Part shown: positions 9,393 to 18,096 of the stretch, piece by piece | Position numbering within the stretch: the first letter of the stretch is position 1 | How the letters are laid out: each line of letters opens with the position of its first letter | Assembly (NCBI GenBank): GCA_964629885.1 | Contig: CAZVRJ010000001.1 | Span: 19,638 to 83,637 of the forward strand | Origin: an uncultured Chitinophagales bacterium | GTDB lineage: Bacteria; Bacteroidota; Rhodothermia; Balneolales; CAYWCV01 | Direction: 5' to 3' | Length of the DNA: 64,000 nucleotides | The notes under the pieces: model-generated | Told to the model about the DNA's origin: nothing | The model's database searches: none | Seen by the model: only the letters and a program-made list of their open reading frames with translations | Translations under genes and position numbers: made by a program

Positions 9393-10640
9393 TCAGGCCA
9401 ACGCTGATATCTGATTAAGCAGCTCTTCGTTGCTACGGGTACGGCTAAGCACCTGTAGTAAGCTCACCATGGATTCCTTGGGCGACTTTTTGAGCAGGTA
9501 GCGTCGCACCATATTGCGCTCGTCGAGTGTGCCATCGATGAACCTTTCCTCATTACGCGTACCCGAAGCAGCAATGTTAATCGCTGGGAAGACCCTATCG
9601 TTGGCCAATTCGCGGTCGAGTACAAGTTCCATGTTGCCTGTTCCCTTGAATTCCTCGAAGATCAAGTCGTCCATGCGCGAATTCGTTTCGATTAGGCATG
9701 TGGCGATGATGGTAAGCGATCCACCGCCTTCAATCTTCCGTGCTGCACCAAATATCTTCTTGGGGATCTCGAGTGCACGAATATCCATACCTCCCGACAT
9801 GGTTCGACCACTGTTTGCCGCAGCCGCATTATACGACCTGCCTAAACGAGTTAGGGAGTCGATCAACAGCACGGCGTCTTCACCTGCTTCGGCACGGCGT
9901 TTAACATAGCTGAGGGCCATTTCTGAGATGCGTACGTGGCTTTCGGTTGGGCGATCGTTCGATGATGCAAAGACCTTGCCCTTAGTGGTGCGCATGAAAT
10001 CGGTAACCTCTTCCGGTCGCTCATCGACTAAGAGTACTGCCAAATGAATATCAGGATGATACTCGTCGATTGCATGTGCAATTCGTTTCAGTAGCACTGT
10101 TTTACCTGTACGTGGCGGAGCCACTATAATCGCACGTTGTCCCTTACCAATAGGAGCTATCAGGTCGACTACTCGCAGGTCAATTTCGTCAGGTTTTTTT
10201 GACAGTTTGATTTGCTCAACGGGCATGATTGGCGTCTGATGCTCGTAACGAGGTAATTGCGTCCATTGATCAGGGTGACGTTCGTTGACCTTCTCAATTG
10301 TGCCGACCCTTAAATTTCCTTTGATATCCTGATCTAACTCGCCTTCGAGTACTAGCCCTTGCCGCAGATCATAAAAACTGATCATATCGGGGCTCAGGAA
10401 TGGATCTTTCGGCGTCTTTGTGAATTCGTGATCTAGTTTTCTTATGAATCCATATCCCCCAAACGATGGGGGTATTTCGAGGACGCCTTTATATCGACCA
10501 CCAAAAATAATCTGGTTGTTAAGAATAAACTCAGGCGATTTTGCTGCGCCTTTTGGACGCGGCTTTCTACCTTGCGGCTTATTCTTACTTTTACCCTTAT
10601 TCTTGTTGTTCTTCTTGTTATAACCTTTGTAGTAATTCAT
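9393..10640 (-). CDS. rho: Transcription termination factor Rho
   Basis: 415 aa. Cold-shock-like RNA-binding region (GVLEIPPSFGGYGFIR), Walker A PPRTGKT, LLVDERPEEV, and a conserved C-terminal half. The N-terminal ~35 aa are an N/K-rich basic tract rather than a canonical Rho_N helix bundle. Confidence 0.95.
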   Translation of the reverse strand: MNYYKGYNKKNNKNKGKSKNKPQGRKPRPKGAAKSPEFILNNQIIFGGRYKGVLEIPPSFGGYGFIRKLDHEFTKTPKDPFLSPDMISFYDLRQGLVLEGELDQDIKGNLRVGTIEKVNERHPDQWTQLPRYEHQTPIMPVEQIKLSKKPDEIDLRVVDLIAPIGKGQRAIIVAPPRTGKTVLLKRIAHAIDEYHPDIHLAVLLVDERPEEVTDFMRTTKGKVFASSNDRPTESHVRISEMALSYVKRRAEAGEDAVLLIDSLTRLGRSYNAAAANSGRTMSGGMDIRALEIPKKIFGAARKIEGGGSLTIIATCLIETNSRMDDLIFEEFKGTGNMELVLDRELANDRVFPAINIAASGTRNEERFIDGTLDERNMVRRYLLKKSPKESMVSLLQVLSRTRSNEELLNQISALA

Positions 10641-10860
10641 ACCTCTTTGGGGTGTGAACGAAAATAGAGCATGATTTTATGACTGGGTTCGGAGTAATCC
10701 GAAAGAACGGCGGCGCAAATAGTCCCGAGGGATAATCACAGATGGCAGTATAATCCGTTCACTGCACCATGTTGAGAATCTTGGTCTAGTACCGGTTTTA
10801 TTAGTAGTACCGGTTCCCCACGGAATGAATCAAGCGTCGAATATCTATTGGGGGAGAGAG

Positions 10861-10893
10861 AAAGCCGGAAGAGTCTTAATCTCTTCCGGCTTT
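10861..10893 (-). terminator. Perfect 13-bp stem / 7-nt loop hairpin downstream of the 10960-12264 gene. Candidate terminator insulating the rho promoter and leader.
   Basis: The sequence is aaagccggaagag-tcttaat-ctcttccggcttt. No clear U-tract follows on the minus strand, so confidence is moderate only. Confidence 0.4.
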
Positions 10894-10959
10894 AATAAAA
10901 TACACAATACACTCGGATTTTGAAAGGAATCCGTAAACCTGATAAAATGTCTCTAACGA

Positions 10960-12264
10960 TTAGCGAACGGTCGTTGATTCGTTAATCCAGCTGTAGCAAT
11001 CGCGAAGTGAAGAGTCGACACGAATGTTGTCGCCATTGTTCCAGCCTTTGAAGAACTTGTCTTCTGCGCTAGGAGCAACTTGAGCATAAGTACTCGCTTG
11101 ACGGTTCACTGAGTTGGCCAACGCTGGGTCGGCACGCTTTGCACGGTCGAGATAATCGAGAACCAACCAGTAAACAACTTTGTCTTCGCGTTCCATTCTT
11201 CCACCGGCACATGCCGATACAGCGTTTGCGTAAGCCTCGGCAACCTTAAAGTAGGCGTTACCATTGTTAGGGTTGAACTGGATAGACTGCTTAGCAGCAT
11301 CACGCGAACCACGAAGGTCGTTGATATTCATGCGGTTGTCGGCGATCAGTAACCAGATGGTAGACTTCTCGTCGTTTGTTTCTGCCATCTTAATTGCTAC
11401 TTCAAGGTAGCCGTTGGCACCGCGGTAATCACCATTCTTGCGAGCCATGTCGGCCATACGCATGGTGTTACGCATGTCGGGAGCCTTCTCATAGAGAACT
11501 TTACCAAACTCGTTGATTTTCTCGCGGTTATCTACACGTACATATAGGTCAAACAATTCGCCGATGAGCTGGAGATTCTCTTTGTCGTCGGCTAGTTTGC
11601 CCTCAAGGAACGTGATGCGCTCAACTGGATTGCTAAATAATGAGTTCAAGATGCGGTCGAAGTATTCAGCTGTAGTGGAGTCCACTTTGCCTTTCGACTT
11701 CTCAATCATTGTAACAGCAGCGTCACGATCGCCGTTAGATACCAAATTTTGGACGATCAGACTTATATAGTAACCGTCGCCTAGTTCAATCGTACGATTT
11801 TCATCCAATTCAAGAAGTTTTTTGTACTGGATCAAAGCGTTATCCATGCCGCTTTCGATATAGTCGGAGTTATTCTGGTAAAACTTACCGCGCTCAAGTG
11901 TCCAGTCGTACATGTCGATTTCTTCTGGTGTGAAGATGTTGAACACTTGGGTGAACAATGTCGATGCGGAGTCGAGGTAAGCAGCTTTGATCGCAGGATC
12001 CATAGCCTCTTCCGACATGGCAGAGTAGATGCGGATCATGCGCAAGAACACGATGTGGCCTCTGTAGGCTGGGTGCTCAGGCAGCTCTTTTGGGTAATTC
12101 TTGATGAGGTGCTTGCCGTATGGTAGTGCGAAAGCGTAATCCTTCATCTGGAAGTTGGTGCTGAAAAGCGAGAACGCCTCAAGCGGCCGAGACGGTATCT
12201 CTTGTGCTTTTGCGGCACTGCCCATTGCAAGGGACATTACTAGGATGAAGAGGAGTTTTTTCAT
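10960..12264 (-). CDS. Exported helical-repeat (TPR-like) protein
   Basis: 434 aa. Signal peptide MKKLLFILVMSLAMGSAAKAQ. The rest has a repetitive A/Y/L-rich helical pattern (…GDYRGANGYLEVAIKMA…, …GNAYFKVAEAYANA…) resembling TPR pairs. Confidence 0.5.
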   Translation of the reverse strand: MKKLLFILVMSLAMGSAAKAQEIPSRPLEAFSLFSTNFQMKDYAFALPYGKHLIKNYPKELPEHPAYRGHIVFLRMIRIYSAMSEEAMDPAIKAAYLDSASTLFTQVFNIFTPEEIDMYDWTLERGKFYQNNSDYIESGMDNALIQYKKLLELDENRTIELGDGYYISLIVQNLVSNGDRDAAVTMIEKSKGKVDSTTAEYFDRILNSLFSNPVERITFLEGKLADDKENLQLIGELFDLYVRVDNREKINEFGKVLYEKAPDMRNTMRMADMARKNGDYRGANGYLEVAIKMAETNDEKSTIWLLIADNRMNINDLRGSRDAAKQSIQFNPNNGNAYFKVAEAYANAVSACAGGRMEREDKVVYWLVLDYLDRAKRADPALANSVNRQASTYAQVAPSAEDKFFKGWNNGDNIRVDSSLRDCYSWINESTTVR

Positions 12265-12305
12265 GGCGATACTGCGTGATGATGAAGGGACAAACAGGGT
12301 TTAGT

Positions 12306-13598
12306 CTATTGGATCTTCCTGCGAAGAAACATTGGCTCTGATAGGTTGAACGATACTCGTGTAAGAAATATTTTCTCCTTTACGAAATCAGTAGTTCCTG
12401 AACCCCGAACGCCATAACTGAAGTTGAGGTCGATTGATGAACTGGTAAATCGAGATGGGATGCCAAAGCCGGCGTGCATAAGAGTGGTTGGTATGGCTTG
12501 GCCTTCGAATTTAAGATATCCTGAGTCATGAGACAAGCCACCCCGATAAATTAAATTTCGGAAAAACTTACTTGCGCGTCTGTTTTTAAAGCTAAATTCA
12601 CCACCGATACCTAGGCTGAACTGGTCAGTAAATTCCACGTTCTCAATGGTGCCGACATCCTTGTACTTGCTCCAAGCTTGCTGTGAAGCCTCAACTGCGA
12701 TCATTAGGTATGGGCTTGGACGATAGGTCAATCCACCCGAAATTTTTTGCGGTAGTATAGATGTATCGTTGCTTCTAGCAGGTAGTTCAACTTCATCACT
12801 TGTGTAGCGTGTGTAGAGCCGCTCTTTCACATCCAGCTCGGATTCCAGATCCCATGTTAGGCCAAAGCTCAGGTTGTCATCTTTTCTAATCAGGTGAGAT
12901 TTGTTCGCAAACATACCCGTACGTAGTCCAAATCCACTCATCAACTCCCTATTCCTGAACTCGACACCCTGAAACAGGAGCGTGTCGAACGCTATCTCAG
13001 AAATGCGTTCAATCAAACCAAATGTGACCGAAGGGGCAACGCCGATGGAAATATTCTCAGTTATGCCAAAGCCCAAACCAGCCTCAAGCCTATTCAATCC
13101 ACCAGTACCTACCTGTTGTGTGGCGTAGGAGACCGGACGATCACTTATCAGCACACCAGCCGGCAGTGTCTTCTGCGACTGAATTGAGTATTTGACTGTA
13201 GAGTATGGTCTCAAAGAAACATTCAAACCAAGCCGGCTACGCTCGATGGGGAACATCACCTGCACGGTACCGATACCTGCTTGAGTGTAACTACCGCTTT
13301 GTGAACCGTCTTCGCCCGCGAAGTTGCTTACATAAAAGCTGCCGAGTCCTGTTGTGAATACTGGGTATCCCCATAGCGCTGGGTTCGCTCCATTATTTGC
13401 GTAGGCGTTGTAAATCGAAACACCCTGAAGACCCATACCAGTAGCTTGACCCGAAAAGAAAGTATTTGGAACGCCTATTCCGTAATAGGAATAGACCGAA
13501 CCGCCTCCCCACTTACTTTGATCCATATCGAAGTTGAACTGGGCTGAGCTTGTGCCAGCAAATGCAAGCATTAGCAAACCAACTAGTAGGTATCTCAT
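12306..13598 (-). CDS. Outer-membrane beta-barrel protein (FadL/porin-like, family not identified)
   Basis: 430 aa. Signal peptide …AGTSSAQF, alternating amphipathic strands rich in G/Y/S, and an aromatic C-terminal strand region (RVSFNL). Confidence 0.5.
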   Translation of the reverse strand: MRYLLVGLLMLAFAGTSSAQFNFDMDQSKWGGGSVYSYYGIGVPNTFFSGQATGMGLQGVSIYNAYANNGANPALWGYPVFTTGLGSFYVSNFAGEDGSQSGSYTQAGIGTVQVMFPIERSRLGLNVSLRPYSTVKYSIQSQKTLPAGVLISDRPVSYATQQVGTGGLNRLEAGLGFGITENISIGVAPSVTFGLIERISEIAFDTLLFQGVEFRNRELMSGFGLRTGMFANKSHLIRKDDNLSFGLTWDLESELDVKERLYTRYTSDEVELPARSNDTSILPQKISGGLTYRPSPYLMIAVEASQQAWSKYKDVGTIENVEFTDQFSLGIGGEFSFKNRRASKFFRNLIYRGGLSHDSGYLKFEGQAIPTTLMHAGFGIPSRFTSSSIDLNFSYGVRGSGTTDFVKEKIFLTRVSFNLSEPMFLRRKIQ

Positions 13599-14782
13599 AG
13601 ACCCTCCCGCTTCACAAGTGTTAACAACAGACGCGGTTGACGGAATTGTCCTTTGTCTAACATCGTGTTGTGAAATATTCCAGACCTGGGCTGAACGGAA
13701 AGATAGAATGTCCGCTCAGACTCTCCTGCCAACAACATCGTTCTAATCAGATTGGTCACTACAGCTTGATAGCTGTTGTCGGTCTGGCGGATGAAGGTGA
13801 TCGATGGTGAGAGCACGATAATGTCGTCGGGTGAGAGCAGACCGCTAGGATTATAAGCATTCAAGGTGATGCTCTGTGGTCGCACGTGCCCAGTTGGCAA
13901 GCCTGCAGCCAAAAAGGTCTCATCTTCTTGAATGAGTAATACAGCTCTTGAAATATTGCTACCGCTTAGACGATTCAAATCCAATTTAATGCTGATGCTG
14001 GGTAGATTCTCCAAATTTGAGGAGATGTGCACGCCAGAGGCAAAAGACGGCGGCTGTGTTCTGGTAAAATTATGTGCTGATGCTCGAACGTAGACGATAT
14101 TTGTGTCTCGTGGATTGTAGAAGGTCATCTGAACAGAATCTTTCAACATCGAAATGATCTTGCCACCACCGATGGGCTTGATTGCCAGTCCGAAGTAGTT
14201 TCGTACGTAGGCAGAATCAGCGTTTGGCTCTGTACTATAAACGTATTGCTTGTACTCGTTGAGCCATGATTGCGGCATTTGAACCTGGATGAGAGAGTCG
14301 CGTGTTACCTCAAAGGTTGCAAATGGCAGTGCATCGGTCATTGGTCTCGTTGTAGCCCTGAACGTGGATGGTCGCCATAGATTTCGTACTCCAAACACGC
14401 CATATTGCGTAGCGTTTAAGGTGTCGCCGTAAAAACTACTGGTGCGCAGGTTCAGAATTACGCGGGTGCTGTCGCTAAGCGTGTCGACCAAGCCTTTTAG
14501 CAACAATGAGGGAATGAAATACGTCTCTGCGGTAATCGGCCCAAACCAAGGATCGTTGTACGAACCTGTCGATAAGTGGGTCAAATCGCCCGTATAGGGG
14601 TTAAGGACCAGCCTTTCGGTTGTGGGAACCACAAAGGTGTCGGTCGTGACAACATTACGGTCGGGTATCAACCCACCGCCTACATTGCTAGAGTCGTCGC
14701 AGGATGTCCATGCAATGGTTATGACTGCAACCAAAAGGATATTCCAGAGGTTGCGTTTCATCAAAGAGTTCGGTTCGGGCAC
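13595..14782 (-). CDS. DUF4270-like lipoprotein
   Basis: 395 aa. Lipobox-like AWTSC followed by DDSSNVGGGLIPD. It sits directly downstream of the short GlgA-like gene, which is the synteny I know for DUF4270 in Bacteroidota. It overlaps the next gene by 4 nt. Confidence 0.55.
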   Translation of the reverse strand: MPEPNSLMKRNLWNILLVAVITIAWTSCDDSSNVGGGLIPDRNVVTTDTFVVPTTERLVLNPYTGDLTHLSTGSYNDPWFGPITAETYFIPSLLLKGLVDTLSDSTRVILNLRTSSFYGDTLNATQYGVFGVRNLWRPSTFRATTRPMTDALPFATFEVTRDSLIQVQMPQSWLNEYKQYVYSTEPNADSAYVRNYFGLAIKPIGGGKIISMLKDSVQMTFYNPRDTNIVYVRASAHNFTRTQPPSFASGVHISSNLENLPSISIKLDLNRLSGSNISRAVLLIQEDETFLAAGLPTGHVRPQSITLNAYNPSGLLSPDDIIVLSPSITFIRQTDNSYQAVVTNLIRTMLLAGESERTFYLSVQPRSGIFHNTMLDKGQFRQPRLLLTLVKREGL

Positions 14783-14804
14783 AATAAATGGTAAATCAGT
14801 GGAA

Positions 14805-15599
14805 TCAGGGCACTAGCTCACGGTAATAATCTGCAAATTTCTGCGATACGTCCTGTGGTGACCCCTGAATTTTGTGCGGCTTGATCCCAAGTTCGTCAAA
14901 AATTGGGTCGAGTTGGCTGCCAAGTTCATTTCCGGTCACTACGTAATCTGCATACTTTAGTCCGGCACGCAGGAAATCTACTTTACCGTTGCTCATAACG
15001 GACGATTTGTCGAAATCGTCTGGCAAATCAAGGTATTTAAAAATTTCTTCATCAAAAATTCCCTCATTCACAGGACTGTGGATGTTGTACACCACTTTAG
15101 CGTCCTTAAACATGGGATGGTCGCGATAGAGAGTCTTCAGGAACACTGGTACGAAACCTGATGCCCAATCGTGACAGTGAATCAGATCAGGTTTCCAATT
15201 CAGCTTGATCACCGTCTCCATGATGCCGCGGTTGTAAAAAGCCGTGCGGCGTCCGTTGTCGGGATATGCCTTCTCAGTCTTTGGATCGATGAACATACCC
15301 TTACGCCCGAAGTGCGTGTCATTGTCGAGGAAATAGACCTGCAATTTAGCATTGGGGATGCTTGCCACCTTGATCTTCATGTTCTCGGTGTTGTCTCCAT
15401 CGGGTACATCGATGTTAGACAGGCGAATTACTTCGTGCAGACGGTTACGACGGTCGTTGATGCTGCCGTACTTAGGTAGCAGAATGCGAATCTGAAACCC
15501 TTTGTCCTGCAGTGATGCCGGCAGAAACCTCAGAAGGTCTGCCGTATTGGTCATTTTGGCAAATGGGGAGATTTCGGCGGCCGCGTATAAAACGTTCAT
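14805..15599 (-). CDS. Glycogen/starch-synthase-like protein, N-terminal (GT5) half only
   Basis: 264 aa. MNVLYAAAEISPFAKMTNTADLLRFLPASLQDKGFQIRILLPKYG aligns to the GlgA N-terminus. The KTGGL motif reads KMTNT and the C-terminal GT-B half is missing. Confidence 0.75.
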   Translation of the reverse strand: MNVLYAAAEISPFAKMTNTADLLRFLPASLQDKGFQIRILLPKYGSINDRRNRLHEVIRLSNIDVPDGDNTENMKIKVASIPNAKLQVYFLDNDTHFGRKGMFIDPKTEKAYPDNGRRTAFYNRGIMETVIKLNWKPDLIHCHDWASGFVPVFLKTLYRDHPMFKDAKVVYNIHSPVNEGIFDEEIFKYLDLPDDFDKSSVMSNGKVDFLRAGLKYADYVVTGNELGSQLDPIFDELGIKPHKIQGSPQDVSQKFADYYRELVP

Positions 15600-15613
15600 T
15601 CAGCTAATCTGCT

Positions 15614-16435
15614 TTATGATTCGTTGGATTCAATCTGCCCGGTCGATCCGTGCAGGAATGTGCTAGTCTCGTCGTCGAGTGTGTAAAAATCGAACAACGT
15701 GTCGCTGCGCAGCCCAAGTCGTAGCGTCTCAAGAGGGATGATTTCGTTCGGTGCTATATTGCCGAGGTTGACATTGCTGCCAAACTTACGGATGAACCAA
15801 ACCTGTTGTTCTTTTTGTGGAGCTTCAAAGAGAAGCAGATCCACATCGATTTGGTCGGCAATTTCGTCGATCAAACCAGAACGAACTTCACCATTTGGCC
15901 TGAATACCCCAACTGTGCCCGACTCTCGAGCCTCGCAGATGATTTTCCAAGCGCCAGCTTCGATTTCGGCTTGGATAGATTTCACCCACTTGTAGGGCGG
16001 TATGATTTCGTTGGGATTCTTGCTGCCAACTTCCGACAAAACCGTGAAGTTTTTCTTCAACTCCCGGATGATGTTGATTTTCTTCTCTTCGCTGAGCCAA
16101 ATGGTGCCGTTCGATACCTCGACAAATTCAAGGCCATACTTATCAAGTACCCTAAGGTAATTATCCAACTCGTTGCGAAGTACATACGCCTCAAAGAGAG
16201 TGCCGCCAAAATAGACCGGGATACCGGCATTTTTATATATAGCAAGCTTTTCCTGAAGCTTTGGGGTGACACACGCAGTGCCCCATCCCAACTTCACGAT
16301 ATCGGTGTATTCAGACGATGACTCGAGAAAATCTTCCGTCTCTCGCAAGCTGAAACCTTTGTCCAAGACAAGGCTTATACCATTATGGCGTGGCTTTGCA
16401 GATCGCTTCGGAAGATGCGAAATTTCAAACGGCAT
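15614..16435 (-). CDS. comA: (2R)-phospho-3-sulfolactate synthase family protein
   Basis: KPRHNGISLVLDKG…YTDIVKLGWGT…GIPVYFGGTLFE…FVEVSNGTI is the ComA (PF02679-type) pattern. The ORF track extends to 16474; the ATG at 16435 (MPFEISHLPKR…) looks like the likelier start. Confidence 0.85.
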   Translation of the reverse strand: MPFEISHLPKRSAKPRHNGISLVLDKGFSLRETEDFLESSSEYTDIVKLGWGTACVTPKLQEKLAIYKNAGIPVYFGGTLFEAYVLRNELDNYLRVLDKYGLEFVEVSNGTIWLSEEKKINIIRELKKNFTVLSEVGSKNPNEIIPPYKWVKSIQAEIEAGAWKIICEARESGTVGVFRPNGEVRSGLIDEIADQIDVDLLLFEAPQKEQQVWFIRKFGSNVNLGNIAPNEIIPLETLRLGLRSDTLFDFYTLDDETSTFLHGSTGQIESNES

Positions 16436-16501
16436 ACGATTGATTATTGGACTGCCCAAGAGAACAATATACAAAAATCATACGTGAACCGAAAATGAGG
16501 C

Positions 16502-18043
16502 CTATTCTGCCATGATGTCCATCAAAATGGTGTCATCGTTCGATACACGCGTGTTTCGGTTCGACAGATTCACCAAATATTTGATATACCCCCTGTCAAC
16601 AGATTTGAACATCTCGTCGGTATATCGCCACTCCCACCATCCCGAAGCAAAACCGGGGAAGTTCATGCGGTGCGATGTATCCAAGTTCATGAAATCCTGC
16701 ATCGGAACAATGCACTGGTCTGCCACCGATAGCATGCCTAAACGAATGAGCTCCCAATTGATGCGTGATCCATCGCTACGGGTATACTCCCTCGCTCTGT
16801 GACGCTCGAGGTCAGACCCTTGATCGTACCAGCCAATGCTGGTGTCGTTGTCGTGCGTCCCTGTATAGACTACACAGTTCGCTGTCGTGTAATTGTGGGG
16901 AAGAAACCCATTGGCAGCGTTGTCGCTGAAGGCAAACTGGAGGATTTTCATGCCTGGAAAATTGAAGCTGTCGCGCAGGTCGACCACTTCTTTAGTCAAA
17001 ACGCCAAGATCTTCGGCGATGATCGGCAGAGTGCCCAACGCAGCAATGATGGCTTTGAACAATTTCTTGCCAGGACCCTTTACCCAACGACCATTGATAG
17101 CTGTTTTTTCTGTCGCTTTGATCTCCCAGTAGGCATCAAAACCACGAAAGTGATCAACGCGTATGGCATCATAGAGCGTCAGCGTCTGACGGAAACGGTT
17201 GATCCACCAAGTGTAGCCCTCTTTCTCCATTACCGACCACTTGTACAGAGGGTTGCCCCAGAGCTGACCCGTTTCGCTGAAATAGTCGGGGGGCACACCA
17301 GCAACCAGCACCCTGTTGCCTTGTTCGTCGATCTCGAAAAGGTGGGTGTTTGCCCATACGTCTGCACTATTATGGTCAACAAAAATGGGTATGTCGCCGA
17401 TAATTTGCACGCCACGCTCGTTAGCGTACGTTCTTAGCGACTTCCACTGTGAATAGAATTCGTATTGTAGCCACTCATGGTACGAAACCACATCGGCAAG
17501 CATCTTATGCCACTTTTTCATGGCTGCCGGAACACGTCGGCTGAGTTCTTGATCCCACTGATTCCAAACTTTCTTGCCGTGGTGCTCAAATGCGGCCATA
17601 AACAGAGCGTAATCTTGAAGCCAAAAATCATTCTCCTTTTTAAAAGCCTGAAATCCCTTTTTGTCGCCCGGCTTCGCCTGTTTGCCAAACCGTTCGAAGG
17701 CCGTCTTGAGAAGTGCATCTTTAGCTGTAAACGCGGCATCGTAGGGCACTTTGGTGCCTTCTTCAATGTGGAAAATGTCTGTTTCGTCGGAACCCAAAAG
17801 ACCCTTCTCAACCAATATGTCGGGATCAATCAGGTAGTGGTTGCCTGCAAAAGCCGAATAACTTGCATAGGGGCTGTTACCGTAACCGGTTGGGCAGAGT
17901 GGTAACACCTGCCAGGAGTTTTGGTCTGTTTCGACCAAGAAATCGATAAATTCGCGGGCCGAGCTCCCAAGGTCGCCGATACCATACTTGGTCGGGAATG
18001 AGGTTGGGTGAATGAGCGTTCCGGCCGATCGTTTAAACTTCAT
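16502..18043 (-). CDS. malQ: 4-alpha-glucanotransferase (amylomaltase)
   Basis: 513 aa. RSAGTLIHPTSFPTKYGIGDLG…, …PLCPTGYGNSPY…, …GDIPIFV…, …RVDHFRGF… are GH77 hallmarks. Confidence 0.93.
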   Translation of the reverse strand: MKFKRSAGTLIHPTSFPTKYGIGDLGSSAREFIDFLVETDQNSWQVLPLCPTGYGNSPYASYSAFAGNHYLIDPDILVEKGLLGSDETDIFHIEEGTKVPYDAAFTAKDALLKTAFERFGKQAKPGDKKGFQAFKKENDFWLQDYALFMAAFEHHGKKVWNQWDQELSRRVPAAMKKWHKMLADVVSYHEWLQYEFYSQWKSLRTYANERGVQIIGDIPIFVDHNSADVWANTHLFEIDEQGNRVLVAGVPPDYFSETGQLWGNPLYKWSVMEKEGYTWWINRFRQTLTLYDAIRVDHFRGFDAYWEIKATEKTAINGRWVKGPGKKLFKAIIAALGTLPIIAEDLGVLTKEVVDLRDSFNFPGMKILQFAFSDNAANGFLPHNYTTANCVVYTGTHDNDTSIGWYDQGSDLERHRAREYTRSDGSRINWELIRLGMLSVADQCIVPMQDFMNLDTSHRMNFPGFASGWWEWRYTDEMFKSVDRGYIKYLVNLSNRNTRVSNDDTILMDIMAE

Positions 18044-18096
18044 GCTAGTAGACGTCTGGGTTATACTCTCGTAGTGTAGATGAGGCGGGGTTTTAA

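Noticed and set aside
15806-17437. 171-aa and 212-aa plus-strand ORFs antisense to comA and malQ. Similar cases are 18940-19446 in glgB and 48645-49127 in ftsK.
   Set aside because: These are shadow ORFs inside well-supported genes, with no motifs, signal peptides or independent spacing signals.
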